Source of the DNA: Candidatus Fervidifonticultor quintus
GTDB taxonomy: Bacteria; Sysuimicrobiota; Sysuimicrobiia; Sysuimicrobiales; Humicultoraceae
Assembly: GCA_031459535.1 (NCBI GenBank)
Contig: JAVKIJ010000014.1
Location: 1-47,055 of the forward strand
Reading direction: 5' to 3'
Length of the DNA stretch: 47,055 nucleotides
Under the pieces are notes generated by a model, which saw nothing but the letters and a program-made list of their open reading frames with translations, was not told the DNA's origin and did no database searches. A program made the position numbers and the translations under genes. Each line of letters opens with the position of its first letter. The stretch's first letter is position 1. This document shows positions 37,021 to 47,055 of this stretch, piece by piece.

Positions 37021-40000
37021 ATGACGACGCGGGCCGTCGGCGGCAGCACGCCTCATCCCGCCCTGGCCGGCTTCCACGAGCCGGTCCGGGCATGGTTCGC
37101 CGCGTCCTTTGGCGTGCCCACGCCGGCGCAGGCGCTCGGGTGGCCGGTCATTGGGACGGGGGCTTCGGCCCTGATCGTGGCGCCTGTGGGATCGGGGAAG
37201 ACGCTGGCCGCGTTCCTGGCCGCCATCGACCGTCTCATGTTCGCGCCCGCACCCCAGCCCCAGGCCCGCTGCCGCGTGCTGTACGTCTCGCCACTCAAAG
37301 CGCTCGCAGTGGACGTCGACCGCAATCTGAGGACGCCGCTTGGGGGCATCGCCCAGACCGCCCAGCGCCTGGGATACGCCTTCCACGCGCCCGAGGTCGC
37401 CGTTCGGACCGGCGACACCCCGCCCAGAGATCGCGCCCGCTTCCTGCGTGCGCCGGCCGACATCCTGATCACCACGCCGGAGTCGCTGTACCTCCTGCTG
37501 ACCAGCCGGGGGAGGGAGTTGCTCCGCTCCGTGAGGCGGGTGATCGTCGACGAAGTGCACACGCTGGTGGGTACGAAGCGGGGAGCCCACCTGGCGCTGT
37601 CGCTCGAGCGGCTGGAAGCCCTGACCGGGCAGCCCCTCCAGCGCATCGGGCTGTCGGCCACCGTGCGGCCGCACGAGGAGGCCGCCCGGTTCCTGGGCGG
37701 GTTCGCCCCTGACGGCGCGCCGCGTCCTGTTCGGATCGTCGATGCCGGACGTGTGAAAGCGCTGAACCTTACCGTGGAGGTGGCGGTCGAGGACATGGCG
37801 CGAGCGGGCCAGATCGAACAGATCGCCGGCGGTCCGGCCGGCGGCGAGGGCCGCACAGGCGTCTGGCCGGCGATCCACCCGCTCATCCTCGACCTGATCC
37901 GCACGCACCGGTCGACGCTCATCTTCGTCAACAGCCGTCGCCTGGCCGAGCGCCTGGCCAGCGCGCTCAACGAGCTGGCCGGCGAGGTCATCGTCCACGC
38001 CCATCATGGGTCGCTGGCCAGAGACCAGCGCCGCCGCGTCGAGGAGCGCCTGAAAGCCGGCGAGCTGGCCGCGCTGGTCGCCACCTCCTCGCTCGAGCTG
38101 GGGATCGATATGGGTGCCATTGATCTGGTCGTCCAGGTCGAGGCCCCGCCCAGCGTCGCCAGCGGCATCCAGCGCATCGGCCGGGCCGGCCACACGCTGG
38201 ACGCGCCCAGTGTCGGCGTCATCCTCCCCAAGTACCGCGGGGATCTGCTGGCGTGCGCGGCGCTGGTGGAACGCATGCGCGCGGGCGACGTGGAGGCCAT
38301 CCAGTACCCGCGCCTGCCGCTGGACGTGCTCGCGCAGCAGATTGTCGCCATGGTCGCCACGGACGACTGGCGCGCCGACGACCTCGAGCGCGTCGTTCGT
38401 CAGGCGGCGCCGTTCCACGACCTCTCGCGCGGCCTGCTGGAGGGCACGCTCGACATGCTCTCCGGCCGTTATCCCTCCGACGAGTTTGCCGCCCTCCGGC
38501 CGCGCATCACCTGGGACCGGCTGACCGGCGTCCTCACCGCGCGCGAGGGCGCCAGGCGGGTGGCCATCGAGAACGGCGGCACCATCCCCGACCGCGGTCT
38601 CTACGGCGTCTTCCTCGCCGGTGCGCCGCCGGGGCACGGCCGCGTCGGAGAGCTCGACGAAGAGATGGTGTTCGAGAGCCGCGTGGGCGACACGTTCGTC
38701 CTCGGCGCCAGCACGTGGCGCATCGAAGACATCCTGCCGGACCGGGTGCTGGTCTCACCCGCGCCCGGCGAGCCGGGCAGGATGCCGTTCTGGCACGGCG
38801 ACCGGCCGGGCCGGCCGCTGGAGTTCGGCCGCGCCATCGGCGTGCTGGCCCGCACGCTGCGCGCGTTGCCCGAGCCTGCGGCCATCGAGCGCCTCACCCG
38901 GGACCACGCCCTCACCGAGGCCGCGGCACGCAGCCTGATGCAGTACCTGCAGGACCAGCTCGACGCCGCAGGCGTCGCGCCCGACGACCGCACGATCGTC
39001 GTCGAGCGCTTCAAAGACGAGGTAGGCGACTGGCGGATCTGTCTGTTGTCCCCGTTCGGCGGACAGGTCCACGGTCCGTGGGCCATGGCCATCGGCGCCG
39101 CGGTCCGCCGGCGTTACGGTCTCGAGGTGGACGTCCTGTGGACCGACGACGGAATCGTGGTCCGCTTCCCCGACGTGGACGATCCGCCGCCGCCGGGGGC
39201 TCTCCTGCCCGATCCCGACGAGGTCGAAGATCTGGTGGTCGAACACCTGGGCGCGGGCCGGGCCGCGCGGCAGGCGCAACAGGCAGGGGGGACGCCGACG
39301 TCGCTGTTTGCCGCGCGCTTCCGCGAGGCCGCGGCCCGGGCGTTGCTGCTGCCCCGGCGCTTCCCCGGGCAACGCGTGCCGCTATGGCAGCAGCGCAAGC
39401 GCGCGGCCGATCTGTTCAACGTCGCGGCGCGGTTCCCATCGTTCCCCATCGTGCTAGAGACATTCCGCGAGTGCCTCAGGGACGTCTTCGATATCCCGGC
39501 CCTGCGACAGCTTCTCCGCCAGATCGCCACCCGCGAGATCCGCGTGGTCACCGTGGACTCGCGCAGGCCGTCGCCGTTTGCCGCGGCGTTGTTGTTCAAC
39601 TATGTGGCCAATTTCATGTACGAGGGCGACGCACCCCTGGCCGAGGCCCGGGCCGGGGCCCTGCTGGTGGACCCGGCACAACTGCGCGACTTGCTTGGCC
39701 ACGTGGAGCTGCGCGAACTGCTCGACGCCGATGCGCTGGCGGAACTGGAGCGCTGGCTCCAGCACCTGGCGCCCCAGCGCGCGGCGCGCCACGCCGACGG
39801 CCTCCACGATCTGCTGCGCGACCTCGGCGATCTCACGGTGGAAGAGATCCGCGCGCGGGCCGCCGAGGATGCGGACATCGCCGGCTGGCTGGCGCGATTG
39901 AACCGCGAAGGCCGCGCCGTGCGCCTCCAGATTGCCGGCGAGGGACGGTACGTGGCCGTCGAGGACCTCGCGCGGTATCGTGATGCCCTGGGCGTGCCCC

Positions 40001-41577
40001 TGCCCGATGGACTCCCCGGGGCATTCCTCGAGCCCGTCGCCGATCCTCTAGGCGATCTGGTGGGACGCTATGCGCGTACACACGGGCCGTTTGCGCCCCG
40101 CGACGTGGCCCGTCGCTTCGGGCTCGGGCTGTCGCCGGTGCTCGAGACCCTGAGTGCGCTGGAACGGGCTGGCCGGATCGTCCAGGGCGAGTTCCGGCCG
40201 GGCGGAACCGGACGCGAGTGGTGCGACGCAGAGGTCCTGCGCACCCTGCGGCGGCGGTCGCTGGCGCGGCTGCGCCGCGAGGTGGAGCCGGTTGACGGCC
40301 CCAGCCTGGGCCGCTTCTATCTCGACTGGCAGGGCGTCCGGGTCAAGCGGCGCGGACGCGAGGGACTGCTGGCGGTGCTGGCGTCGCTCCAGGGCGCGGC
40401 GATCCCGGCTTCAGTGCTCGAGCGGGACGTGCTTCCCGCACGGCTTGAGGACTACGACCCACGCCTGCTGGATGCGCTTGCGGCATCGGGTGCCGTGGTC
40501 TGGATGGGCGTCGAACCGCTGGCGCCCCGCGACGGCCGCATCCGTGTGTGCCTGGCGGAGGCGGCACCGTTGATGTTCCAGGCGCCCCGCGGCGAGGCGC
40601 CTGATGGCGTCCTCCACCGGAAGATCCGAGACGCCCTCGCCTCGCACGGTGCGTTGTTCTTTCCGCAGCTCCTGCAGGCGGTCGGGGGCGGCTTCGTGCC
40701 CGAGGTGCTGGAAGCCCTGTGGGATCTGGTCTGGGCCGGCGAGGTGACCAACGACACGCTGCAGCCGCTGAGGGCGTACGTGAATCCAGGCCGGTACCGC
40801 TCGCGTCGGGCCAACCGATCCTGGCAGATCGAGCGCATCCGGCGGCCGGGCCTGGTGGGATCAGGCCTGGGGCTGCCGGCCGAGGCCTCGGGCCGGTGGT
40901 CGCTCACAGCGAGCCTGATCGCCGGGGCGCCGACGCCCACGGAGCGCCTGGCGGCCCAGGCCCGACAGCTCCTGGAGCGGTACGGTGTGCTGACCCGGGA
41001 CGCGGTGGTGGCCGAAGGCGTCGAGGGCGGGTTCGCGGCGGTCTATGGCGTGCTGCGGGCCATGGAGGACGCGGGTCGCATCCGGCGCGGCTATTTCGTC
41101 GCCGGCCTGGGCGGCACGCAGTTCGCCCTCCCCGGCGCCGCGGATCACCTGCGCGCGCTGCGCAAGCCGCCGGAGTCCATCGAGATGACGCTGCTGGCAG
41201 CGACCGATCCGGCCAACCCATACGGGGCGGCGCTGCCGTGGCCGCAACGCCCCCAGGACGCGACCGCTCGCCGGCCGGCGCGCACCGCAGGCGCGTTCGT
41301 GCTGCTGGCCGATGGTGCCCTGGCGGCCTGGCTCGCGCCGCGTGAGGGCCAGTTGCTCACGTTCCCGGAGGCCGCAGCCCACAGGCTGCCCCAGGACGTG
41401 GCGCGCGCGCTGGCCGGATGCCTGGCCGCGGAAGTCCGCGCGGGGCGGTGGACAGCACTCGTGCTGCGCGAGGTCGACGGCGTACCGGTGGAGCACTCAC
41501 CGATGGCCGCAGCGCTCCGTAACGCCGGGTTTGTCGCCACGTCCCAGGGGCACCTCATCAGGTTGCAGCCCGGATAG
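37021..41577 (+). CDS. lhr: Lhr-family ATP-dependent helicase, long form with C-terminal domain
   Basis: GSGKT, YVSPLKAL, TGDT, TTPESL, DEVH, SAT, HHGSL, SSLELGIDMG, QRIGRAGH, GTIPDRG, C-terminal ATDPANPYG. Confidence 0.93.
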   Translation: MTTRAVGGSTPHPALAGFHEPVRAWFAASFGVPTPAQALGWPVIGTGASALIVAPVGSGKTLAAFLAAIDRLMFAPAPQPQARCRVLYVSPLKALAVDVDRNLRTPLGGIAQTAQRLGYAFHAPEVAVRTGDTPPRDRARFLRAPADILITTPESLYLLLTSRGRELLRSVRRVIVDEVHTLVGTKRGAHLALSLERLEALTGQPLQRIGLSATVRPHEEAARFLGGFAPDGAPRPVRIVDAGRVKALNLTVEVAVEDMARAGQIEQIAGGPAGGEGRTGVWPAIHPLILDLIRTHRSTLIFVNSRRLAERLASALNELAGEVIVHAHHGSLARDQRRRVEERLKAGELAALVATSSLELGIDMGAIDLVVQVEAPPSVASGIQRIGRAGHTLDAPSVGVILPKYRGDLLACAALVERMRAGDVEAIQYPRLPLDVLAQQIVAMVATDDWRADDLERVVRQAAPFHDLSRGLLEGTLDMLSGRYPSDEFAALRPRITWDRLTGVLTAREGARRVAIENGGTIPDRGLYGVFLAGAPPGHGRVGELDEEMVFESRVGDTFVLGASTWRIEDILPDRVLVSPAPGEPGRMPFWHGDRPGRPLEFGRAIGVLARTLRALPEPAAIERLTRDHALTEAAARSLMQYLQDQLDAAGVAPDDRTIVVERFKDEVGDWRICLLSPFGGQVHGPWAMAIGAAVRRRYGLEVDVLWTDDGIVVRFPDVDDPPPPGALLPDPDEVEDLVVEHLGAGRAARQAQQAGGTPTSLFAARFREAAARALLLPRRFPGQRVPLWQQRKRAADLFNVAARFPSFPIVLETFRECLRDVFDIPALRQLLRQIATREIRVVTVDSRRPSPFAAALLFNYVANFMYEGDAPLAEARAGALLVDPAQLRDLLGHVELRELLDADALAELERWLQHLAPQRAARHADGLHDLLRDLGDLTVEEIRARAAEDADIAGWLARLNREGRAVRLQIAGEGRYVAVEDLARYRDALGVPLPDGLPGAFLEPVADPLGDLVGRYARTHGPFAPRDVARRFGLGLSPVLETLSALERAGRIVQGEFRPGGTGREWCDAEVLRTLRRRSLARLRREVEPVDGPSLGRFYLDWQGVRVKRRGREGLLAVLASLQGAAIPASVLERDVLPARLEDYDPRLLDALAASGAVVWMGVEPLAPRDGRIRVCLAEAAPLMFQAPRGEAPDGVLHRKIRDALASHGALFFPQLLQAVGGGFVPEVLEALWDLVWAGEVTNDTLQPLRAYVNPGRYRSRRANRSWQIERIRRPGLVGSGLGLPAEASGRWSLTASLIAGAPTPTERLAAQARQLLERYGVLTRDAVVAEGVEGGFAAVYGVLRAMEDAGRIRRGYFVAGLGGTQFALPGAADHLRALRKPPESIEMTLLAATDPANPYGAALPWPQRPQDATARRPARTAGAFVLLADGALAAWLAPREGQLLTFPEAAAHRLPQDVARALAGCLAAEVRAGRWTALVLREVDGVPVEHSPMAAALRNAGFVATSQGHLIRLQPG

Positions 41578-41656
41578 CGCGCAGCCAGGGGGGTGGCGGA
41601 GAAGCCGACGGAGAAGGTTACCCTTGCCAGCGAGGCAAGAGCAGGAGGTTTCGCCC

Positions 41657-44080
41657 ATGACCCTCTCTGCGACCTCGGTCGCGCACCGGCCCCGCCGGTT
41701 GGCCCGGGCGGCCGTCCTGGGCGCCGGTGTCATGGGCAGCAGCATCGCGGCCCACCTGGCCAACGTGGGCGTACGGACGCTGCTGCTCGATGTGGTGCCC
41801 CAGGCCCCTACCGACGACGAGCGACGCCGCGGCCTCACCCTGGAGTCCCCGCAAGTCCGCAACCGACTGGCCCGTCTGGGCGTGGACCGGGCGATGGCTG
41901 CGCAGCCGGCGGCGTTCTACAGCCCCGAACGTGCCGGGCTCATCACCACTGGCAACTTCGACGACGACCTGGCGCAGGTCGCCGATGCCAACTGGATCAT
42001 CGAGGCGGTCGTCGAGGACCTGTCCATCAAGCAGGATCTGCTGGCCAGGGTGGAACACCACTGGCGGCCCGGCACCATCGTGAGCACCAACACGTCCGGG
42101 CTGCCTGTGGCCCAGGTCGTCGCCCGATCGGGTGACGCATTCCGCGCGCACTTTCTCGGCACGCACTTCTTCAACCCGCCGCGTTACATGAAGTTGCTCG
42201 AGCTCATCGTCACCCCGCAGACCGAGGCGTGGGTCGCCCAGACTGTGGCGGGCTGGAGCGAGCAGATGCTCGGCAAAGGCATCGTCTACGCCAAGGACAC
42301 GCCCAACTTCATCGGCAACCGCATCGGGACATTCGGGTTCTTCAAGACCGTGCACCTGATGGTGGAGTTCGACCTGGACATCGATGAGGTGGACGAACTC
42401 ACCGGGCCGCTGGTGGGTCGACCGCGCAGTGCCACGTTCCGCACAGGCGACCTAGTCGGTCTTGACGTGCTGCTGCACGTGGCGGCCAATGCCCACCGAA
42501 GCCTGCCCCAGGACGAGGAACGCGCGGTCTACCTACCGCCACCCTTCATGACTGCCATGGCCGAGCGGGGCTGGTTGGGCGAGAAGAGCGGCGGCGGGTT
42601 CTACCGCCGCCGGGACGGCGAGATCTTCACCCTCGACCACCGCACCCTTGAGTACCGGCCCCGAAAGCGGCCGAGCACGGCAGCCCTGGAGGCGGCCAGG
42701 GGTATCCCCGACCTGCCGGCGCGCCTGACCGCCGCGCTGGCCATGCCAGACCGGTACGGGGAGTTCCTGCGGAGGCTCTTCGCGGAGACGCTGCTCTACA
42801 CCGCCCGCCGCATTCCCGAGATCAGCGACGACGTCGTCAACGTGGACCGCGCCCTGCGCTGGGGGTTCGGCTGGGAGATGGGGCCCTTCGAGATGTGGGA
42901 CGCCCTGGCCGCAGCCGGTGCCGCCGATCGCCTCATTGACAAAGCCCAGGCCCTTCCGGAAATCCTGCGGGTGGTCCAGGAGAGCGGCGCCGGCACGTTC
43001 TACCGAGAGGAAGCTGGCGGTCGCGCGTACTTCGACCTGCGGACACGCAGGTATGCGGCAGAACCCGGCATCGCCGGTCGCCTCCAGCTCGAGCCGCTAA
43101 AGCGCGCGAGCCGCGTCGTGGACACCAATCCCGGCGCCAGCCTCATCGATCTGGGCGACGGGATCGCATGTCTAGAGTTCCACACGAAGGTCAACGCGAT
43201 CGGCGAAGACATCGTGGCCATGGGCTTCCGGGCCCTGGAACGGCTGCAGACCGACTTCGACGGCCTGGTCATCGGCAACCAGGGCCAGGACTTCTGCGCC
43301 GGGGCCAATCTCATGCTGCTCCTCCTCGAGGCGCAGGAAGGCGACTGGGACGAGATCGACCTGGCGGTTCGGCGGTTCCAGGCATGGCTGATGGCGTTGC
43401 GCCGCGCGAGCGCACCGGTGGTCGCGGCGCCGTTTGGCCGCACGCTCGGCGGGGGTGTCGAGGTGTGCTTTGCCGCCTCCCGCGTCCAGGCCGCGGCCGA
43501 GACCTACATGGGGATGGTCGAGCCGGGTGTGGGCCTCATCCCCGCCGGTGGCGGCTGTATGGAGATGGCGCGGCGCGCGGCGGAGCGCGTGCCGGACGAC
43601 GTGGGAGCCGATCTGCTCCCGATGCTGCGCTGGGCGTTCGAGACCGTGGCGATGGCCAAGGTCTCCACCTCGGCGGAGGACGCCAGACGCCTGGGGCTGC
43701 TGCGGCCGTGGGACGGGATCACCACGAACGGCGACCTGCTGCTGGCCGACGCCAAGGCCGCGGCACTGGCGCTCGCGCGGGCCGGATACCGCCCGCCGCC
43801 GGAGCCCTCGATCCCGGTGCTGGGGAGCCGCGGCGTGGCAGCCATTGCGTCCCTGCTCCACTTCATGCGCACCGCCAACCACATCACCGATCACGACGTC
43901 ACCGTCTCCGCCAAGCTGGCCTACGTGATGTGTGGCGGCCACGTGCCCGAGGGCACCCGGGTCTCGGCCGAGTATCTGCTCGAGTTGGAGCGCGAGGCGT
44001 TCTTGAGCCTGCTGGGGACGCCGCAGACTCAGGATCGCATCCGACACATGCTGCGGACCGGCAGGCCGCTGCGCAACTAG
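41657..44080 (+). CDS. fadN: 3-hydroxyacyl-CoA dehydrogenase / enoyl-CoA hydratase
   Basis: GAGVMG, IEAVVE, NTSGL, HFFNPPRYM, FCAGANL, LGGG.E; GGAGG RBS. Confidence 0.92.
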   Translation: MTLSATSVAHRPRRLARAAVLGAGVMGSSIAAHLANVGVRTLLLDVVPQAPTDDERRRGLTLESPQVRNRLARLGVDRAMAAQPAAFYSPERAGLITTGNFDDDLAQVADANWIIEAVVEDLSIKQDLLARVEHHWRPGTIVSTNTSGLPVAQVVARSGDAFRAHFLGTHFFNPPRYMKLLELIVTPQTEAWVAQTVAGWSEQMLGKGIVYAKDTPNFIGNRIGTFGFFKTVHLMVEFDLDIDEVDELTGPLVGRPRSATFRTGDLVGLDVLLHVAANAHRSLPQDEERAVYLPPPFMTAMAERGWLGEKSGGGFYRRRDGEIFTLDHRTLEYRPRKRPSTAALEAARGIPDLPARLTAALAMPDRYGEFLRRLFAETLLYTARRIPEISDDVVNVDRALRWGFGWEMGPFEMWDALAAAGAADRLIDKAQALPEILRVVQESGAGTFYREEAGGRAYFDLRTRRYAAEPGIAGRLQLEPLKRASRVVDTNPGASLIDLGDGIACLEFHTKVNAIGEDIVAMGFRALERLQTDFDGLVIGNQGQDFCAGANLMLLLLEAQEGDWDEIDLAVRRFQAWLMALRRASAPVVAAPFGRTLGGGVEVCFAASRVQAAAETYMGMVEPGVGLIPAGGGCMEMARRAAERVPDDVGADLLPMLRWAFETVAMAKVSTSAEDARRLGLLRPWDGITTNGDLLLADAKAAALALARAGYRPPPEPSIPVLGSRGVAAIASLLHFMRTANHITDHDVTVSAKLAYVMCGGHVPEGTRVSAEYLLELEREAFLSLLGTPQTQDRIRHMLRTGRPLRN

Positions 44081-44091
44081 GAGGAGTCGCC

Positions 44092-45267
44092 ATGCGCGAG
44101 GCCGTCATCGTCTCATCGGTTCGGACGGCGGTGGGCAAGGCCCCACGCGGCACACTCAAGGACACGCGGCCGGACGAGTTGGGCGCTCTGGCCGTGCGCG
44201 AGGCCCTCCGCCGCACCCCAGGCCTCGATCCCCGAGACGTCGAAGACTGCATTATCGGCTGTGCCATGCCCGAGGGCGCGCAGGGCCTGAACATGGCCCG
44301 GGTGATTGCGCTGCGCGCCGGGCTGCCCGTGACGACGGCCGGGATGACCGTCAACCGCTTCTGCGCGTCGGGCCTACAGGCCATCGCCATCGCCGCAGGA
44401 CAGATCATGACCGGGCAGCACGAGGTGGTGGTCGCCGGGGGCGCCGAGAGCATGAGCATGGTCCCCATGCAGGGGTTCAAGTACGCGCCCAATCCCCATC
44501 TGGCCGAGGCCTGGCCGGACGTCTATCTGACCATGGGCCTCACCGCCGAGATCGTCGCCCGGCGGTACCAGGTCACCCGCCAGGAGCAGGATCGCTTCGC
44601 CCTGCGCAGCCATCGTCTCGCGGCCGGCGCCCAGCAGTCGGGGAAGTTCGACGACGAGCTGATCCCGGTGCCGACGGTCCGGTGGACCGTCGAGGACGGC
44701 CGGCCCCGCAAGGAGGACGTCACCCTTGCTGCGGACGAAGGCGTGCGCACGGACACCAATCTGGACGCCCTGGCGAGGCTGAAGCCGGTCTTCGCCAAGG
44801 ATGGCACGGTGACCGCCGGGAACGCCTCGCAGACCAGCGACGGCGCCGCCGCGGCGGTGGTGATGTGGGCCAAGCGGGCAGAGGCGCTGGGGGCCCGGCC
44901 CATAGCGGTTCTTCGTTCGTTCGCCGTGGCGGGCGTCTCGCCCGAGGAGATGGGGATTGGTCCTGTCCAAGCCATCCCCAAGGCCTTGGCCCAGGCGGGC
45001 CTGCGCCTGGACGACCTGGGCGTGATCGAATTGAACGAGGCGTTCGCCGCCCAGGCGCTGGCCGTCATCAAACTGGCCGGATTGGATCTCGAGCGCGTCA
45101 ACGTCAACGGCGGCGCCATCGCCCTGGGCCATCCCCTGGGCTGTACCGGCGCCAAGTTGACCGCGACCCTGCTGAGCGAGATGCGGCGCCGGCAGGCTCG
45201 CTACGGCATGGTCACCATGTGCATCGGCGGTGGGATGGGCGCCGCCGGCATCTTCGAGCTGGCATAG
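44092..45267 (+). CDS. fadA: Acetyl-CoA C-acyltransferase (thiolase)
   Basis: NRFCASG, NEAFA, GHPLGCTG, MCIGGGMG; GGAG RBS. Confidence 0.95.
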   Translation: MREAVIVSSVRTAVGKAPRGTLKDTRPDELGALAVREALRRTPGLDPRDVEDCIIGCAMPEGAQGLNMARVIALRAGLPVTTAGMTVNRFCASGLQAIAIAAGQIMTGQHEVVVAGGAESMSMVPMQGFKYAPNPHLAEAWPDVYLTMGLTAEIVARRYQVTRQEQDRFALRSHRLAAGAQQSGKFDDELIPVPTVRWTVEDGRPRKEDVTLAADEGVRTDTNLDALARLKPVFAKDGTVTAGNASQTSDGAAAAVVMWAKRAEALGARPIAVLRSFAVAGVSPEEMGIGPVQAIPKALAQAGLRLDDLGVIELNEAFAAQALAVIKLAGLDLERVNVNGGAIALGHPLGCTGAKLTATLLSEMRRRQARYGMVTMCIGGGMGAAGIFELA

Positions 45268-45283
45268 GAAAGGGGTGGATGAG

Positions 45284-47055
45284 ATGGAGACCAGGACCAC
45301 GTCGGTCGGCGCCCCGGGCGGCTCGTTCCTCATCGCCCAGGCCGCACCGAACGCCGTCTTCACCCCCGAGGACCTCACCGACGATCACCGGCTCGTCCGC
45401 CAGACGGTCGAGCAGTTCGTCGAGGGCGAGGTGCTGCCGCGGACCAGCGAACTGGAACAGCACGGATGGGACCTGACGCGGGCGCTGCTGCGGCGGGCCG
45501 GCGATCTGGGGCTACTGGGGGCCGACGTCCCCGAGGCGTACGGTGGCGGCGGCCTCGACAAGATCACCAGCCTGGTGATCAAAGACAGCATGGGGGCGGC
45601 GGCGTCCTTCGGGGTCACGTACTCGGCGCACACCGGCATCGGGACGCTCCCGATCGTCTTCTTCGGCACCGAAGACCAGAAACGGCGCTACCTGCCCGGG
45701 CTGGCCAGCGGGGAGCTGGTCGGCAGTTACGCGTTGACCGAGCCCACGGCGGGCTCCGACGCCATGGCGATCCGGACGAGAGCGGTGCGCAGCGCCGACG
45801 GGACCCACTATCTGCTGGACGGTAGCAAGCAGTTTATCACCAACGCGTCGTTCGCCGATCTCTACATCACGTTTGCCAAGCTCGACGGGGAGCACCACAC
45901 CTGCTTCATCATTGACCGCGGCAGCCCCGGCGTGACGGTCGGGCCCGAGGAGCACAAGATGGGCATCCGGGGCTCGTCCACTGCGGCCATCATCCTCGAG
46001 AACGCCAGGGTCCCGGCCGGCAACCTGCTCGGTGAAGTCGGCCAGGGGCACAAGATCGCGTTCAACATCCTCAATGTGGGCCGGTTCGGGCTGGCCGCCG
46101 GGGTCGTGGGCGCGGCCCGGCACGCCCTGCGGGAGGCGCTGGTGTACGCCCGGGAACGCAAGCAGTTCGGCAAGACGCTGGTCGAGTTCGGCCTCATCCA
46201 GCAGAAGCTGGCCCGCATGGCCACGGCCATCTTCGTAGCCGAGAGCATGATCTACCGCACCGGCGGCCTGATCAACGACGCGCTGGGCGGCGAGCACCAG
46301 AATACCCAGCAGGTGGTGGCGGCGCTCGAGGAATACGCCGTCGAGTGCTCCATCAACAAGGTGCTGGCCTCCGAGGTCCTCGACCTGGTCGTGGACGAGA
46401 TGGTCCAGATCTACGGCGGCTACGGCTTCATCGAGGATTATCCGGCCTCCCGCGCATACCGGGATGCCAGGATCAACCGGATCTTCGAGGGCACCAACGA
46501 GATCAACCGGCTGCTGGTCCCGGGCATGCTGCTGCGCCGCGCCCAGCGCGGCCGGCTGGCCCTGCTGGCTGCGGCCCAGAAGGTCGCCGGCGACCTGCTC
46601 GCGCCGTCCGGCGGCGACGGCGATCTCTCCGGCCCGCTGGTGGATGAGCGCCGGCTGGCGGACGCCGCGCGGCGAACCGCGCTGTTCGCCGCCGGCGCGG
46701 CTGCCCAGAAATTCGCCGCCGACCTGGAGCGCCAGCAGGAGATCCTGGGGTGGATCGCCGACCTGGTCCTCGAGGTGTTCGCGGTCGAGAGCGCTGTGTT
46801 GCGCGCGGCCAAGACCGCCGAGCGACGCGGCGCGTTGGCCGCCCTGCAGGCGGCGATGGTGCGCCACTACCTCGACGAAGCGCTCCCCCGGGTCGAGGCA
46901 AACGCGCGGCGGGTCCTGGCTGCGACCGAGGAGGGCGACATGCTCCGGACCATGCTGGCCGGGGTGCGCCGCTTCCTCAAGATCCCGGCGGTGAACGCGG
47001 CTGTACTCAGCCGCCAGATTGCCGGGGCGGTCGTCGAGGCCGGCAGGTACATCGC
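45284..47055 (+). CDS. fadE: Acyl-CoA dehydrogenase, runs off the window end (not in the ORF track)
   Basis: Manual translation: METRT..GGSFLI, YALTEPTAGSDA, KMGIRGSST, RKQFG, QIYGGYG, RIFEGTNEINR. Confidence 0.92.
   Translation, partial: METRTTSVGAPGGSFLIAQAAPNAVFTPEDLTDDHRLVRQTVEQFVEGEVLPRTSELEQHGWDLTRALLRRAGDLGLLGADVPEAYGGGGLDKITSLVIKDSMGAAASFGVTYSAHTGIGTLPIVFFGTEDQKRRYLPGLASGELVGSYALTEPTAGSDAMAIRTRAVRSADGTHYLLDGSKQFITNASFADLYITFAKLDGEHHTCFIIDRGSPGVTVGPEEHKMGIRGSSTAAIILENARVPAGNLLGEVGQGHKIAFNILNVGRFGLAAGVVGAARHALREALVYARERKQFGKTLVEFGLIQQKLARMATAIFVAESMIYRTGGLINDALGGEHQNTQQVVAALEEYAVECSINKVLASEVLDLVVDEMVQIYGGYGFIEDYPASRAYRDARINRIFEGTNEINRLLVPGMLLRRAQRGRLALLAAAQKVAGDLLAPSGGDGDLSGPLVDERRLADAARRTALFAAGAAAQKFAADLERQQEILGWIADLVLEVFAVESAVLRAAKTAERRGALAALQAAMVRHYLDEALPRVEANARRVLAATEEGDMLRTMLAGVRRFLKIPAVNAAVLSRQIAGAVVEAGRYI

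Noticed and set aside
41615-41626. AAGG-TTAC-CCTT mini-palindrome upstream of fadN as a FadR site
   Set aside because: Only 4-bp arms; expected by chance.

Overview
High-GC (roughly 70% by eye) bacterial chromosomal window, gene-dense, with no rRNA, tRNA, CRISPR array or complete transposase seen. Left to right: a 5'-truncated ceramidase-like gene; a methyltransferase / GT2-PIG-L fusion / EamA operon; a cell-wall and envelope cluster (lemA, htpX, LysM-NlpC/P60, murT, gatD, MFS); a DUF151 nuclease; and a DtxR-boxed operon encoding a Tat two-domain multicopper oxidase, a ZIP transporter and a DtxR/MntR regulator. Next is a partly decayed copper/redox island of about 13 kb (two CopC-CopD-Ig-LolA-like fusions, CopC, two cupredoxins, two CcdA/DsbD-like proteins, DUF420, YHS, and broken CsoR, TetR and P1B-ATPase genes). 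The rest holds pgi, a CDF transporter, PhzF, a PHP hydrolase, a peptide-type ABC transporter lacking ATPases, a dpsL-perR-lhr operon with a perfect 12-1-12 operator, and fadN-fadA-fadE. The strongest hidden signal is a membrane-anchored thioredoxin-fold selenoprotein (23815-24435, minus strand). It has an in-frame TGA in a UxxC motif followed by a SECIS-like hairpin, is split in two by the ORF track, and lies downstream of copC-copCD. All calls come from motif reading by eye; no database searches were run.
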